From assembly GCA_964446735.1 (NCBI GenBank), contig CAYUQB010000001.1, positions 444,460 through 508,459 of the forward strand: a stretch of DNA of 64,000 nucleotides, given 5' to 3'. The notes under the pieces were generated by a model that was not told where the DNA came from, searched no databases, and was given only the letters and a program-made list of their open reading frames with translations. This document shows positions 1-9,371 of the stretch, in pieces. A program made the position numbers and the translations under genes. The DNA is from an uncultured Candidatus Saccharibacteria bacterium. Lineage in GTDB: Bacteria > Patescibacteriota > Minisyncoccia > Phycocordibacterales > Phycocordibacteraceae. Numbering within the stretch: the stretch's first letter is position 1; each line of letters begins with the position of its first letter.

Positions 1-677
1 CGAAGCGGGAAAAGACCCAAGAAGAGCTGTTTCATCTCTTTAATGCACTCTACGACAACAATAAACAGATCATCTTTTCATCCGATCGGTCACCTGCCTC
101 GATTCCCGATATCGCTGACCGCGTGCGTGGGCGTCTTTCAAGCGGAATGACGGTCGACATCAGTGAGCCAGACCCCGAAAGCCGTATGGCTATTGTGCGT
201 AAAAAGGCCGCAATTCACGGGGTAAATCTCTCAGATGAGGTCGTAGAACACATCGCAACGTCAGTTGCCGGCTCTATCCGAGAGCTTGAGGGAGTTATCA
301 ACTCCATCGTCTGTCATACCCAGGTGAAAGGAACACCTCCCGACCTTGCTGAAGTGCGTCAGTCACTCCGCTCTTTCTCACGCCCAACAAAAACAGTCTC
401 GGTAAAACACGTAGTTTCTAAAGTTGCGGAGTTCTACGGAATCGATGAGGAGAGTATTTACGAGAAGACTCGTAGAAGGGAAGTGGTTCGACCACGTCAG
501 GTCATTATGTATATCTTGCGTGAGGATTTTAGTGTTTCCTATCCCACCATTGGAAACAAGTTGGGAGGGCGTGATCACACAACCGTTATCCACTCCTGTG
601 AGAAGGTGAAGCGTGAGGTGATTGCTGACGCTGATCTCGCTAAAGAAATTCAGGACATCCGTGGGTTGTTAGTATAA
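1..677 (+). CDS. dnaA: Chromosomal replication initiator DnaA (C-terminal part, truncated by window edge)
   Basis: Frame from nt 3 reads KTQEELFHLFN...IRELEG...GGRDHTTVIHS (AAA+ and domain IV motifs); lies upstream of dnaN. Confidence 0.97.
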   Translation, partial: KREKTQEELFHLFNALYDNNKQIIFSSDRSPASIPDIADRVRGRLSSGMTVDISEPDPESRMAIVRKKAAIHGVNLSDEVVEHIATSVAGSIRELEGVINSIVCHTQVKGTPPDLAEVRQSLRSFSRPTKTVSVKHVVSKVAEFYGIDEESIYEKTRRREVVRPRQVIMYILREDFSVSYPTIGNKLGGRDHTTVIHSCEKVKREVIADADLAKEIQDIRGLLV

Positions 678-903
678 GTGGGGACAACACCTGAATACTC
701 CATGAACAAGACGTTGGCGACTATGGGGAGAACTGAGGAACAGCACCAGACCTATCCCCAGGTCTTCGGAGCGGGTGCACTTCTCCCCAGTGTGGAAAAG
801 GAGTTTTCAACACATTACGAATTGGAGAGGACACAAAATAGTCTTCATCTAAGCTTCATAAAAGGGTTTTCCACCTATCAACAGGCCTAATAATAGTATT
901 CGT
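678..903. promoter_or_regulatory. Probable oriC between dnaA and dnaN
   Basis: About 8 DnaA-box-like 9-mers (679-687, 724-732, 752-760, 781-789, 791-799, 804-812, 867-875, 875-883), then GGCC and TAA-TAA-TAG-TAT trios (888-899). Confidence 0.85.
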
Positions 904-2004
904 ATGGTTATCACTTTAGAAAAAAGAGAATTCGCTAATGCAGTGATGATTGTATCGAAATTCGCAGAACGACGGAGCGCAACACTCCCAGTTCTTTCCG
1001 GAATAGCCATCATTGCAGGAGACGATGGAATAAAACTGCGAGCAACAAATCTTGAGACCGGTATTGATTTGCGTGTGGAAGGGGTGATCAAAGATCCTGG
1101 AGTGATAGCACTCCCCGCAAACGTGTTACGAGAAATAACCTCGTCCTTCGGGGGATCAGGTTCTGTAGTAATCGACTACGCGGGTGAGACAGCGGTCATA
1201 ACCTCTGATAACGGCACAAGCACGCTCAAAACCCTCCCGTATGAGGATTTCCCCATCCTCCCACTTCCCGAGTCGCCACGGGCAAAATTTACGATCCCGG
1301 GCGATGCACTCCGGACACTCATAACGTCTGTGGTTTCTTGTGCGTCGACATCGACGGTGCGACCAGAACTTGCAAGCGTTCTCGTTTCAGCTGAAGGAGG
1401 GGTGGTTAAAGCTGTTGCGACTGATTCGTTTAGGCTTGCTGAGAAAAAACTCTCCCTTTCAGGAAAGATTCCTCCTTTTTCTATGCTGATTCCGGCAAAG
1501 AATGCACTCGATTTACTTTCAGCACTCCCGGAAGGTGATGTAGAAGTGGTGCTTGATGAGCATCAGTGCGCCTGTATGTGGGGAGAAGGGGTGCTGACGA
1601 CCCGATTGGTGGCGAATGCCTATCCTGACTATGCACAGATCATTCCGAAGCAATTTGTCTCCGAGGCAACCGTACTCCGGAAAGACCTGGAAGCAGGACT
1701 CAAGCGGGTTGCAGTGTTCTCGGATGCCTTCCAAAAGGTTCGTCTTGCCTGCTCACCTTCAGATAAAGAGATTCGGCTTGCGGCCCGCAATGCTGACATT
1801 GGTGAATCAAATGAGCATATTCCCGCATCTGCAACGGGAGACGCAATTGAACTTTCGTTCAACCATCGCTATCTCGCCGCACCGCTTTCGCTTATTGCCT
1901 CAGATAGCATCACATTCTCCGCAAGCGGAATCGGCCGTGCGGCCGTGCTTCGTGGTGCAGGTGATGCTTCGTTTCTATACCTCGTAATGCCGATGAATCA
2001 GTAG
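904..2004 (+). CDS. dnaN: DNA polymerase III beta clamp
   Basis: ATNLE, ATDSFRLA, YPDY and C-terminal YLVMPM motifs; 366 aa. Confidence 0.97.
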   Translation: MVITLEKREFANAVMIVSKFAERRSATLPVLSGIAIIAGDDGIKLRATNLETGIDLRVEGVIKDPGVIALPANVLREITSSFGGSGSVVIDYAGETAVITSDNGTSTLKTLPYEDFPILPLPESPRAKFTIPGDALRTLITSVVSCASTSTVRPELASVLVSAEGGVVKAVATDSFRLAEKKLSLSGKIPPFSMLIPAKNALDLLSALPEGDVEVVLDEHQCACMWGEGVLTTRLVANAYPDYAQIIPKQFVSEATVLRKDLEAGLKRVAVFSDAFQKVRLACSPSDKEIRLAARNADIGESNEHIPASATGDAIELSFNHRYLAAPLSLIASDSITFSASGIGRAAVLRGAGDASFLYLVMPMNQ

Positions 2005-2006
2005 TT

Positions 2007-4172
2007 TTAGAGCGTTGGTACACCAAGATCTGGAAGGATCGGTGTTGACTCCATAGTTTGAGGCGTTACCGCACCACCCCACGACTGCAGTGGGTATTCC
2101 CAATACGAGAGCTGGGGGTCATTCCACGGATTGGCGGGTGGAGGTCCTTGAGGATTATCTTTGTCTACCCAGTACAAAATGTCATGTACGCCCGAACTTC
2201 CTGTATACGAACCGCGAAGCGCAGGAGGTGCGGACTCAGGAATACCCGGTGCTTCTGGGAAATAAGAAACAGGATATTTTTTAAGTGCGACATCCATGAA
2301 GGAGCGCCACATTGGCGCAACCACAAACCCGGCTATTTCCTTTACCATCGGCCGGTTGTCGTTGTTACCAGCCCAGACCCCCACCACAATGTCAGGGGAG
2401 AATCCAACCGTCCATACATCACGGTACTCGTTCGTAGTACCGGTCTTTGCGGCGACGTCATACCCCGGAATACTAAGAGGGTTAATTGCCTGGTATTCAG
2501 GGAACCGTGCCTCGTTGTTCGAGAGCATTGATGCCATGGTGTGAGCAACATCAGGACTTATGACCTGCTGTGGATCCTCTTTAAACTCTTCAAGGAGTTG
2601 TCCGCTCGTGTCAGTCACCGACAGGATGCCGGTGGGCGGATTACGCACGCCACCAGTAGCAAACACCCCGTAAGCACTGGTGAGTTCGAGGAGACGCACT
2701 TCAGCGGCACCAAGTGCGAGCGAGAGACCGTATTCTTTCGCCTCCTTGAGTGTGGTGATGCCCATCGCAGTCGCAAGATTAATTACGTTCTGCATTCCCG
2801 CTAGATACATGGTCTTAACTGCAGGAACGTTGATTGACTGGGCGAGCGCAGTCGTGAATGTCATCGGTCCTCTGAATTTATCGTCGTAGTTAGAGGGCGC
2901 GTAGCACGGGTACGTACCATTGTGATTATCCGATGCGGCGCAGGCGGTAGAAAACTGCGTAGGGAGATCGAACACAATTGTTTGTGGGGTGAATCCTTTT
3001 GCGATTGCGGCTGCGTACACAAATGGCTTGAACGCTGAACCTGGCTGACGGAAGGCGAGCGCCGCATTGTAGCTTCCTTGCACAGCCTCGTCGAAGTAGT
3101 CACGTGAGCCGACCATCGAAAGTATTTGGCCTGTTTTAGGATCGATTGCGACCAGTGCTGCGTTGCTGGCGTTGTATTTCTGTTGGTTTGCAATTGCATA
3201 CTCGTACACCGTTGTCTCAGCTGCGTGCTGGAGATCGGTATCGAGAGTTGTCACGACATGAAGGCCTTGATTCACCATGTCAGGACCATACTTCTCTTCA
3301 AGATATTCCTCGATATAAAAGACGAAGTGCGGAGCAATAATTGAACCGTTCTGCTGCGGATTAAAGGCAACCTTTTCTTTCTTTGCCTTGGCGTACTCAT
3401 CATCACTGATATAGCCAAGCGCATTCATGCGTGCGAGTACGAGATCTTTACGGGCATCAAGAAGATTCCGATTTTGTCCGTAGGGAGAGTACCGCGAGGG
3501 TGCTTGGGGAAGGGCAGCGATGTACGCGGCTTCTGCGAGTGACACGTCACGGGCAGATTTGCCAAAGAATGCACGACTTGCAGCCTCAACACCGTACAGG
3601 GTGCCGCCATAGGGAGTGTCATTGAGATAAAAGCCGAGAATCTGGTCCTTGGTGTAGCGTTGTTCGAGCTTGATCGCCAGTATCCATTCGTGGATTTTCC
3701 GGCTTATGCTTTTTTGGCCGGTGAGCAAACTATTCTTCACCACTTGCTGAGTGATGGTGGAACCACCCTGGACGAGTGCACCATGCTTAATATCGACGAT
3801 CAATGATCGGATGATTGCTGTGAAACTGATACCGCCGTGCTGGTAGAAGCCGGAGTCCTCAATTGCGAGTGTTGATTGCTTAATGTAGGGTGAAATGTCC
3901 TCAAGCGGGACCTGGTTACGACGAATATCGCGGTTGAGGTCGTACAGCACCGTTTTTCCGGTACGGTCATAGATCTTAGTCGACTGGGTGACTTTACGGG
4001 TGTCGAACGAGTCGAGACCAGGGGTGGGGGTAAGCGCAATCCACAAGATAGTTACACTCGCCGCAAACATCACGACTCCAAGTGCCATGAACGCGACCCG
4101 CGTGAGAGGGTGCGGGTCGCGCAGATGCTTGCGTATAGTTGCTACGATATCTCCCTTCTTTTTTCGGGACAT
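2007..4172 (-). CDS. Class A penicillin-binding protein (transglycosylase/transpeptidase)
   Basis: N-terminal TM; EDxxFYxHxG, GGSTITQQ, SAFK, SIN, KTGT motifs. Confidence 0.95.
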   Translation of the reverse strand: MSRKKKGDIVATIRKHLRDPHPLTRVAFMALGVVMFAASVTILWIALTPTPGLDSFDTRKVTQSTKIYDRTGKTVLYDLNRDIRRNQVPLEDISPYIKQSTLAIEDSGFYQHGGISFTAIIRSLIVDIKHGALVQGGSTITQQVVKNSLLTGQKSISRKIHEWILAIKLEQRYTKDQILGFYLNDTPYGGTLYGVEAASRAFFGKSARDVSLAEAAYIAALPQAPSRYSPYGQNRNLLDARKDLVLARMNALGYISDDEYAKAKKEKVAFNPQQNGSIIAPHFVFYIEEYLEEKYGPDMVNQGLHVVTTLDTDLQHAAETTVYEYAIANQQKYNASNAALVAIDPKTGQILSMVGSRDYFDEAVQGSYNAALAFRQPGSAFKPFVYAAAIAKGFTPQTIVFDLPTQFSTACAASDNHNGTYPCYAPSNYDDKFRGPMTFTTALAQSINVPAVKTMYLAGMQNVINLATAMGITTLKEAKEYGLSLALGAAEVRLLELTSAYGVFATGGVRNPPTGILSVTDTSGQLLEEFKEDPQQVISPDVAHTMASMLSNNEARFPEYQAINPLSIPGYDVAAKTGTTNEYRDVWTVGFSPDIVVGVWAGNNDNRPMVKEIAGFVVAPMWRSFMDVALKKYPVSYFPEAPGIPESAPPALRGSYTGSSGVHDILYWVDKDNPQGPPPANPWNDPQLSYWEYPLQSWGGAVTPQTMESTPILPDLGVPTL

Positions 4173-4187
4173 GCGGGCATGCTAGCA

Positions 4188-4214
4188 CGAAAACGGCCCC
4201 GAAGGGCCGTTTCG
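4188..4214. terminator. Intrinsic terminator hairpin
   Basis: aaacggccc-cgaa-gggccgttt inverted repeat directly after the stop of the small acidic ORF. Confidence 0.7.
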
Positions 4215-4343
4215 TTAGATCGGTTCCTCCTCGTCAGAGGAGAACGAATCGTCTTCTTCGTCGAGCTCATCGTCTTCAAGGTCCTCTGCGGCCTCGTCCT
4301 CGTCAAGCTCTGAACCGAAATTTCGGATCTCGTCATCTTGCAT
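4215..4343 (-). CDS. Small, highly acidic hypothetical protein (42 aa)
   Basis: Manual translation MQDDEIRNFGSELDEDEAAEDLEDDELDEEDDSFSSDEEEPI*; below ORF-track cutoff; followed by a terminator. Confidence 0.7.
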   Translation of the reverse strand: MQDDEIRNFGSELDEDEAAEDLEDDELDEEDDSFSSDEEEPI

Positions 4344-4413
4344 GGTGAAATGCGGATTACGTTACTGGTGCCCCTCTATTTGAACAAAATCGAATCCGTT
4401 TGCAAGTTGTGGA

Positions 4414-4887
4414 TCACGGCCGTGTGGACAAGCCCGCAATAGCAATAGCAATGGCGTCGAGTTCGTCATCGAGGCGCTTTTTTGCTGGAAGTGCAATGAG
4501 GTGGGGAAGCATACGGGCTAGCGCCGCTTTATCTGCACTCCCATGTCCGGTTACGGCAAGTTTTACTTGGGCAGGAGTGATCTCAAGCACCGGGAGTTCA
4601 AAAGCACCGATAGCTGCAAGCGCGACTCCTCGAGCTTCTGCTACCGACAAGGCAGTCTTTTTGTTGGTACTGAAATAGAGAGTCTCGAGTGCAATGATCG
4701 AAGGGTGGTATGTGTCGATGGCGGTGGTAATAGCGGCGTATACAGCCGCAAGCCGCAAGGAAGATGCTCCTTTTGCGGGAGTAATGCAGTCACTCCACAG
4801 GTGGGTGGGATGACTTGGATCACCCTCTATAACCGCAAGCCCAAGACGATCAAAGCCAGGATCGATTCCCAAGACCCGTCTACTCAT
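4414..4887 (-). CDS. ruvC: Holliday junction resolvase RuvC
   Basis: VLGIDPG, AEARGV, VKxAVTGxGxADK, DDxxDAIAIA. Confidence 0.95.
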   Translation of the reverse strand: MSRRVLGIDPGFDRLGLAVIEGDPSHPTHLWSDCITPAKGASSLRLAAVYAAITTAIDTYHPSIIALETLYFSTNKKTALSVAEARGVALAAIGAFELPVLEITPAQVKLAVTGHGSADKAALARMLPHLIALPAKKRLDDELDAIAIAIAGLSTRP

Positions 4888-5440
4888 CGCTGGTGCTTTC
4901 ATACCCACGAGCATTCGTGGCAACCGCCTGAACATCGTCCTGTTCGTCGAGGAATGTTAAAAGAAGTGTGAGCTTCTCTTCCTCGGCACCGCTGATGTCC
5001 ATGAGCGGTTCGTTAGGTGTGTGACGGCCGTCAGGGGATTTAGTGAACGCCCATGCGGCACTTCCTGGTGTGCCGAGCTCGTATCCATTTTTAGTAAGGA
5101 TGAGTTTAATTTCTTGTGTAGTGCGATTGCGACTATCGGTGAGGGCAGTGACTACGATAGCAATGCCGCCAGGACCATAAAGCTCATACACCACCTGTTC
5201 GAGATCTCCTGCCTCCTTACTGATGCCTTTAGCAACCGCACGATCAATATTATCTTTGGGCATGTTAGCGGCCTTTGCGCGCGCAATGATTGCCGCAAGA
5301 GTGGGGGAAGAAGTATTACCAGCAGTTTTCTTTGATTCCAGGGTTATTTCACGGGCGAATTTAGAGAAAGTGCGTCCCTTAGCAGCATCAGTCACTGCTT
5401 TTTGTCGTTTTATTTGGGCCCATTTGCTGTGGCCAGCCAT
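4880..5440 (-). CDS. yebC: YebC/PmpR family protein (short form, 186 aa)
   Basis: MAGHSKWAQIK, NMPKDNI, YELYGPGG, TDSRNRT. Confidence 0.93.
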   Translation of the reverse strand: MAGHSKWAQIKRQKAVTDAAKGRTFSKFAREITLESKKTAGNTSSPTLAAIIARAKAANMPKDNIDRAVAKGISKEAGDLEQVVYELYGPGGIAIVVTALTDSRNRTTQEIKLILTKNGYELGTPGSAAWAFTKSPDGRHTPNEPLMDISGAEEEKLTLLLTFLDEQDDVQAVATNARGYESTSDE

Positions 5441-5443
5441 ACA

Positions 5444-6427
5444 CTAGGACTGTAGCAAATATCTTTTTCCCGTGTCAGTCAGTACACGCCCACGCGAGGA
5501 ACGCTCAATAAATCCAAGCCGAAGGAGATAGGGTTCGTATACGTTCTCAATAGTGTCAGGATCTTCATGCATCGCACTTGCAAGTGCTCGTACCCCAGCA
5601 GGTCCACCCTTGAATCCCGTTCGAAGGGTTTCTAGGTATCGTTGGTCGTCCTTTGTAAGACCAAGAGCATCAATACCAAAAAGCTGGCACGCTTCGTCGC
5701 ACACCGTGGGGGAAAGGTCTCGCTCGTGGACCTCAGCGTAGTCGCGTACCCGTTTCAAAAGCGCGTTGGCAACACGAGGGGTAGCACGACTGCGGCCAGC
5801 AATCCGTTCCACTACCGCAGCATCAGCTTCAACCCCAAGCTTATTCGCTGACCGAGAAATGATGGAGCGGAGGTCTTCGTCAGTGTAGAAATCTAGCTGG
5901 TATACACCGCCACCGAATCGACTACGCAAGGGACCTGAAAGTTGTGCGACGCGAGTCGTAGCACCGACGAGCATGAACGGAGGAAGTGCGAGCTCCACGG
6001 TGCGCGCAGATGGCCCCTTACCAAGCACGATATCAAGAGAGCCAGACTCAAGCGCGGGGTATAGCAACTCCTCAATCTTTCGTGAAAGTTGATGAATCTC
6101 GTCAATGAAGAGTACGGTGCCAGGTTCGAGGTTAGTGAGAATTGCGGCGAGATCGCCCGCACGTTCAATAGCGACCCCGGATGTGGTCTTAAGTGGGGCA
6201 TCGAGAGTAATTGCAATGAGATGCGCCAGCGTGGTCTTTCCAACTCCGGGTGGGCCATACAAAAGGACATGTTCAGGCATGTCACCGCGTCTCTTTGCGG
6301 CCTCAAGGAGCACTTTAATGTTGGCTTTTACATGCCCCTGACCCATGTATTCATCCCACAGGGTGGGACGAAGGGCAGAATCGAGCATAGGGTCGCGTAC
6401 TTTGACAGGATCGGGGGTACTTGACAT
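5444..6427 (-). CDS. ruvB: Holliday junction branch migration helicase RuvB
   Basis: LRP, GPPGVGKTT, LFIDEIH, GATT, PLRSRFG, EPYL. Confidence 0.97.
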   Translation of the reverse strand: MSSTPDPVKVRDPMLDSALRPTLWDEYMGQGHVKANIKVLLEAAKRRGDMPEHVLLYGPPGVGKTTLAHLIAITLDAPLKTTSGVAIERAGDLAAILTNLEPGTVLFIDEIHQLSRKIEELLYPALESGSLDIVLGKGPSARTVELALPPFMLVGATTRVAQLSGPLRSRFGGGVYQLDFYTDEDLRSIISRSANKLGVEADAAVVERIAGRSRATPRVANALLKRVRDYAEVHERDLSPTVCDEACQLFGIDALGLTKDDQRYLETLRTGFKGGPAGVRALASAMHEDPDTIENVYEPYLLRLGFIERSSRGRVLTDTGKRYLLQS

Positions 6428-6486
6428 AAAAACGGACTATGCTACCATTCTAGCACACGAGCTCCTTCAGAAGGGCCCGTTTTCTT

Positions 6487-6651
6487 TTCATCCCGCATAG
6501 TACCCTCTAGGCAAGGCTTGACGGCTTAGGGCGTCTCCCCAAGGACCACATTGGTACCGCGCTTGTACGCGGCTCGCTGATTGTCTCCTCAGGCGTTTCG
6601 TTCACCTTCCTCACGGAAGGAGTGCCTGGAGGGTAATGTGCAGGATATGAA
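6487..6651 (+). ncRNA. Structured ncRNA, 6S RNA-like
   Basis: 5' atcccgcatagtaccctctaggca pairs with 3' tgcctggagggtaatgtgcaggat; central bubble with small hairpin ccttcc-tcac-ggaagg; apical stem ccgcg..cgcgg; G-U pairs favour the + strand. Confidence 0.6.
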
Positions 6652-6678
6652 ATGACCCGCTTCAGCGGGTCATTTCAT
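6647..6678. terminator. Bidirectional terminator
   Basis: atgaaatgacccgc-ttca-gcgggtcatttcat perfect inverted repeat between the ncRNA and convergent pilB. Confidence 0.8.
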
Positions 6679-8339
6679 TAATTGCGCGGCAAATCGACAA
6701 CGCGCATCACTTCATCGAGAGAGGTTACCCCCGAAAGTGCCTTCAAGACGCCGTCTTGTGCCATCGTTAGATATCCTTGGCGGGTGACGTGCTTAGCGAT
6801 ATCACCTTCGCTCGGATTGTCGCGCAAGAACGTGCCCAACTCATCATCCATGAAAATGGCTTCGTAGAGGCCAATGCGTCCTTCATAGCCACTCTCATCA
6901 ACAGGCACCCACGTCATATCGAGTGATTGAGGGAGTAGCGTTTGATCGGTGAGTGATGAGAGTGCCTTTTCAGCAAAAGCGCGTTGCGCACCTTCAAGTG
7001 GAACCTGCTTTCTTTTATCGGGATGGAGTCTACGTACCAGGCGCTGTGCCATGGCGACTGATATAGCAGAACTAAATGATTTTGGATCAAGTCCTAAGTC
7101 AACGAGGCGGGGGAACGTACCTGCTGCGTTATTGGTGTGGAGCGTGGTGAATACGAAGTGTCCCGTAAGGGCAGCTTGAAGCGCGGTCTCGGCGACTTCC
7201 GCATCACGAATTTCACCGACCATAATCACGTCCGGATCCTGACGGAGTACTGATCGAAGTCCTGATGCAAATGTGTAGTCCTTGCCGTTTATTTGTGTCT
7301 GAACAATACCGGGGAGGTGGTACTCAATAGGGTCTTCGAGTGTGATGATTTTGATGTCAGGTGTGTGGATGCGTTTCAAAAAGGCATACAACGTGGTGGT
7401 CTTACCCGACCCAGTGGGGCCGGTCGTAAGGAGCATGCCGTTCGGGCGTTTGATTTCAGCTTCAAGTCGCGAAAGAAGCTTCGGGTGAATGCCCAAATCT
7501 TCAAAAGAAACTTGAATTGCTTCGGGATTGAGGATGCGCAGCACCACTGACTCGCCGTATCCTCCCGGAATAAGGGAGGTGCGGATTTCAATGTCACTTC
7601 CGGCAATTCCTACCGAGAATCGACCGTCTTGCGATCGATCCGTCACGTTCAGCTTAAGTCCGGAGAGTAATTTAATACGCGAGACCAGGCCATGATAGGT
7701 GTGTTGATCAAGGGTGTATGCGTCAGTAAGGATTCCGTCCAAGCGAAGACGCAAGCGCACATGTTCTTCCTCTGGCTCGATGTGTACATCAGACGCGCGC
7801 ATGGCAAACGCGGACGCAAGAATCTCTTCCAGTAGCTCCGAAGTTTGTGCACGAGTTCGCTTATTGAGAAGCTCATCCATATGCGCTGCGAAGCTCGGTA
7901 TGTCGGTCAGAGATTGCTTGAGATCGTTGAGGGCATCTGGCGAAAGCGTGAACACACCCGCCTCGCTTCCTGCTGCAAACGAAAGTTCCTCGTATTTCGC
8001 AAATGCTCGCGCCAGGCTTTTGTGCGAGACCATGAAGAGCTCAATGAGATACCCATCGCGTTCGAGTGATTGACGCAGCTCAATAAATTTTGGTGCTTCA
8101 GGAGAACGAACAGCGAGCGAGATTTTTTTACCCACCTTTGCAAACACAATCGCTTCTGCCTCGTGGGCGATAGGTTCAGGAATAATTCGAAGCGAATCTC
8201 CGTCAATGGGAGTAGTCGTGAGATCTACATACGTCGCTCCGTGCTTTTCGGAGAGCAGACGAGCGAGATCTTCTTCCTCGCGTTCACGAATAGCAGCAAG
8301 CTTCGCGTCCTCGGCGTCGGTATCAAAGGGGAGAGACAT
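6678..8339 (-). CDS. pilB: Type IV pilus assembly ATPase, PilB/GspE family
   Basis: ASDVHIEP, QDGRF, GPTGSGKTTT, EDPIEY, LRQDPDVIMVGEIRD, TLHTN; start chosen 6 nt after TATGAT. Confidence 0.9.
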   Translation of the reverse strand: MSLPFDTDAEDAKLAAIREREEEDLARLLSEKHGATYVDLTTTPIDGDSLRIIPEPIAHEAEAIVFAKVGKKISLAVRSPEAPKFIELRQSLERDGYLIELFMVSHKSLARAFAKYEELSFAAGSEAGVFTLSPDALNDLKQSLTDIPSFAAHMDELLNKRTRAQTSELLEEILASAFAMRASDVHIEPEEEHVRLRLRLDGILTDAYTLDQHTYHGLVSRIKLLSGLKLNVTDRSQDGRFSVGIAGSDIEIRTSLIPGGYGESVVLRILNPEAIQVSFEDLGIHPKLLSRLEAEIKRPNGMLLTTGPTGSGKTTTLYAFLKRIHTPDIKIITLEDPIEYHLPGIVQTQINGKDYTFASGLRSVLRQDPDVIMVGEIRDAEVAETALQAALTGHFVFTTLHTNNAAGTFPRLVDLGLDPKSFSSAISVAMAQRLVRRLHPDKRKQVPLEGAQRAFAEKALSSLTDQTLLPQSLDMTWVPVDESGYEGRIGLYEAIFMDDELGTFLRDNPSEGDIAKHVTRQGYLTMAQDGVLKALSGVTSLDEVMRVVDLPRN

Positions 8340-8381
8340 AGGCGCATCATACCACCGCCTACTTACGGCTCCTTGGAATAC

Positions 8382-8434
8382 TTGACAATACTGGTAAAGT
8401 GTGTGTATAATAAAGGTCGGCAACAACTAGGAGG
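8382..8434 (+). promoter_or_regulatory. Consensus sigma70 promoter plus Shine-Dalgarno site
   Basis: TTGACA (8382-8387), 18 nt spacer, TATAAT (8406-8411), GGAGG (8430-8434). Confidence 0.8.
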
Positions 8435-8440
8435 TCCGCT

Positions 8441-9295
8441 ATGCGGCTCTACAACACGTTGGCTGTTCTTCTGAGTTCAGCCCTCTGCGGTGTCGCACAC
8501 GCGGCTACCGCCCCTGCGGCTCAGGCCGAAACCACGATCGCAGTCGACGCGTCCGTTGGGTGCGATCCCACCGGGATCGCGTTCGACACCAAGGACCTGA
8601 CGAAGGTCTACCCCTGCGGGTCCGAGACGGTCAGGCTCTCCAAGAGCACGACCGGCTACCGGATCTCCAAGGTGCAGACCCAGATCGTGGGCACCGCGCT
8701 CGCGCCGCCCAACATGCTCGCCTTCACGCAGCAGCCGTCGGCCCCGCCGGCGATCGCCGGTCAGGTCCTCCTGGCCGCCTGCAAGAAGACGGTGATGAAG
8801 GATTCGAACCGAGCGTCAGCCTGTCCGATGATCGCCAACAACAAGGTGGTCGCCTGGCAGTTCTACAACCGGGCTGGCGTCGCTATTCCCGGCGACGTGA
8901 CTCCGGATCCGCGCGGCACGACGGTGGAGGAGGTCCTCTCCTCAACGTCGCCCGTCGCCCGGCAGCAGGTCGCGAACGTCTCGGTTCCCGGCGGCAAATG
9001 CGCCGACGGGCTCGTCCATCGTCCCACGGCCGAAATGGTCGTGCGGACGTCGGAAGGGACTACCTGCGGCGCGGCCTACGTGAAGCAGCCCTCGATGGTC
9101 GGCCAGGTCCTGGGCGCCTCGGCGCTCATGCTCGTGTCCGGCTACGCCAATCGCATCGCCTACGGCGACGACGGCTACTATCATGGGGGCTACGGCAGCT
9201 ACTACCAGCGGCCATACAACTACAGCTCGGGCTCCTACTTCAACCTGGGCCGGCCCGGCGATCAGCCGTCCTGCGGCGGCTGCCAGCGGTACTAG
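8441..9295 (+). CDS. Secreted Cys-containing hypothetical protein with Gly/Tyr-rich tail
   Basis: Signal peptide ending AHA; strong C/G-ending codon bias; own promoter, SD and terminator. Confidence 0.8.
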   Translation: MRLYNTLAVLLSSALCGVAHAATAPAAQAETTIAVDASVGCDPTGIAFDTKDLTKVYPCGSETVRLSKSTTGYRISKVQTQIVGTALAPPNMLAFTQQPSAPPAIAGQVLLAACKKTVMKDSNRASACPMIANNKVVAWQFYNRAGVAIPGDVTPDPRGTTVEEVLSSTSPVARQQVANVSVPGGKCADGLVHRPTAEMVVRTSEGTTCGAAYVKQPSMVGQVLGASALMLVSGYANRIAYGDDGYYHGGYGSYYQRPYNYSSGSYFNLGRPGDQPSCGGCQRY

Positions 9296-9316
9296 TAGCT
9301 GCTGGCTGAACTCAGT

Positions 9317-9353
9317 GAAGCGCTCGTCTTTCGGGACGGGCGCTTTCTGTTTT
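9317..9353 (+). terminator. Intrinsic terminator
   Basis: aagcgctcgtc..gacgggcgcttt followed by T-rich tract. Confidence 0.7.
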
Positions 9354-9371
9354 CATGGGTACAATAAAAGC

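Noticed and set aside
586-594. DnaA-box-like TTATCCACT inside dnaA
   Set aside because: Explained by codons of the conserved TVIHS motif
8560-9309. 249-aa alternative-frame ORF overlapping the secreted ORFan
   Set aside because: Arg/Gly/Pro-rich shadow frame typical of GC3-biased genes; no SD
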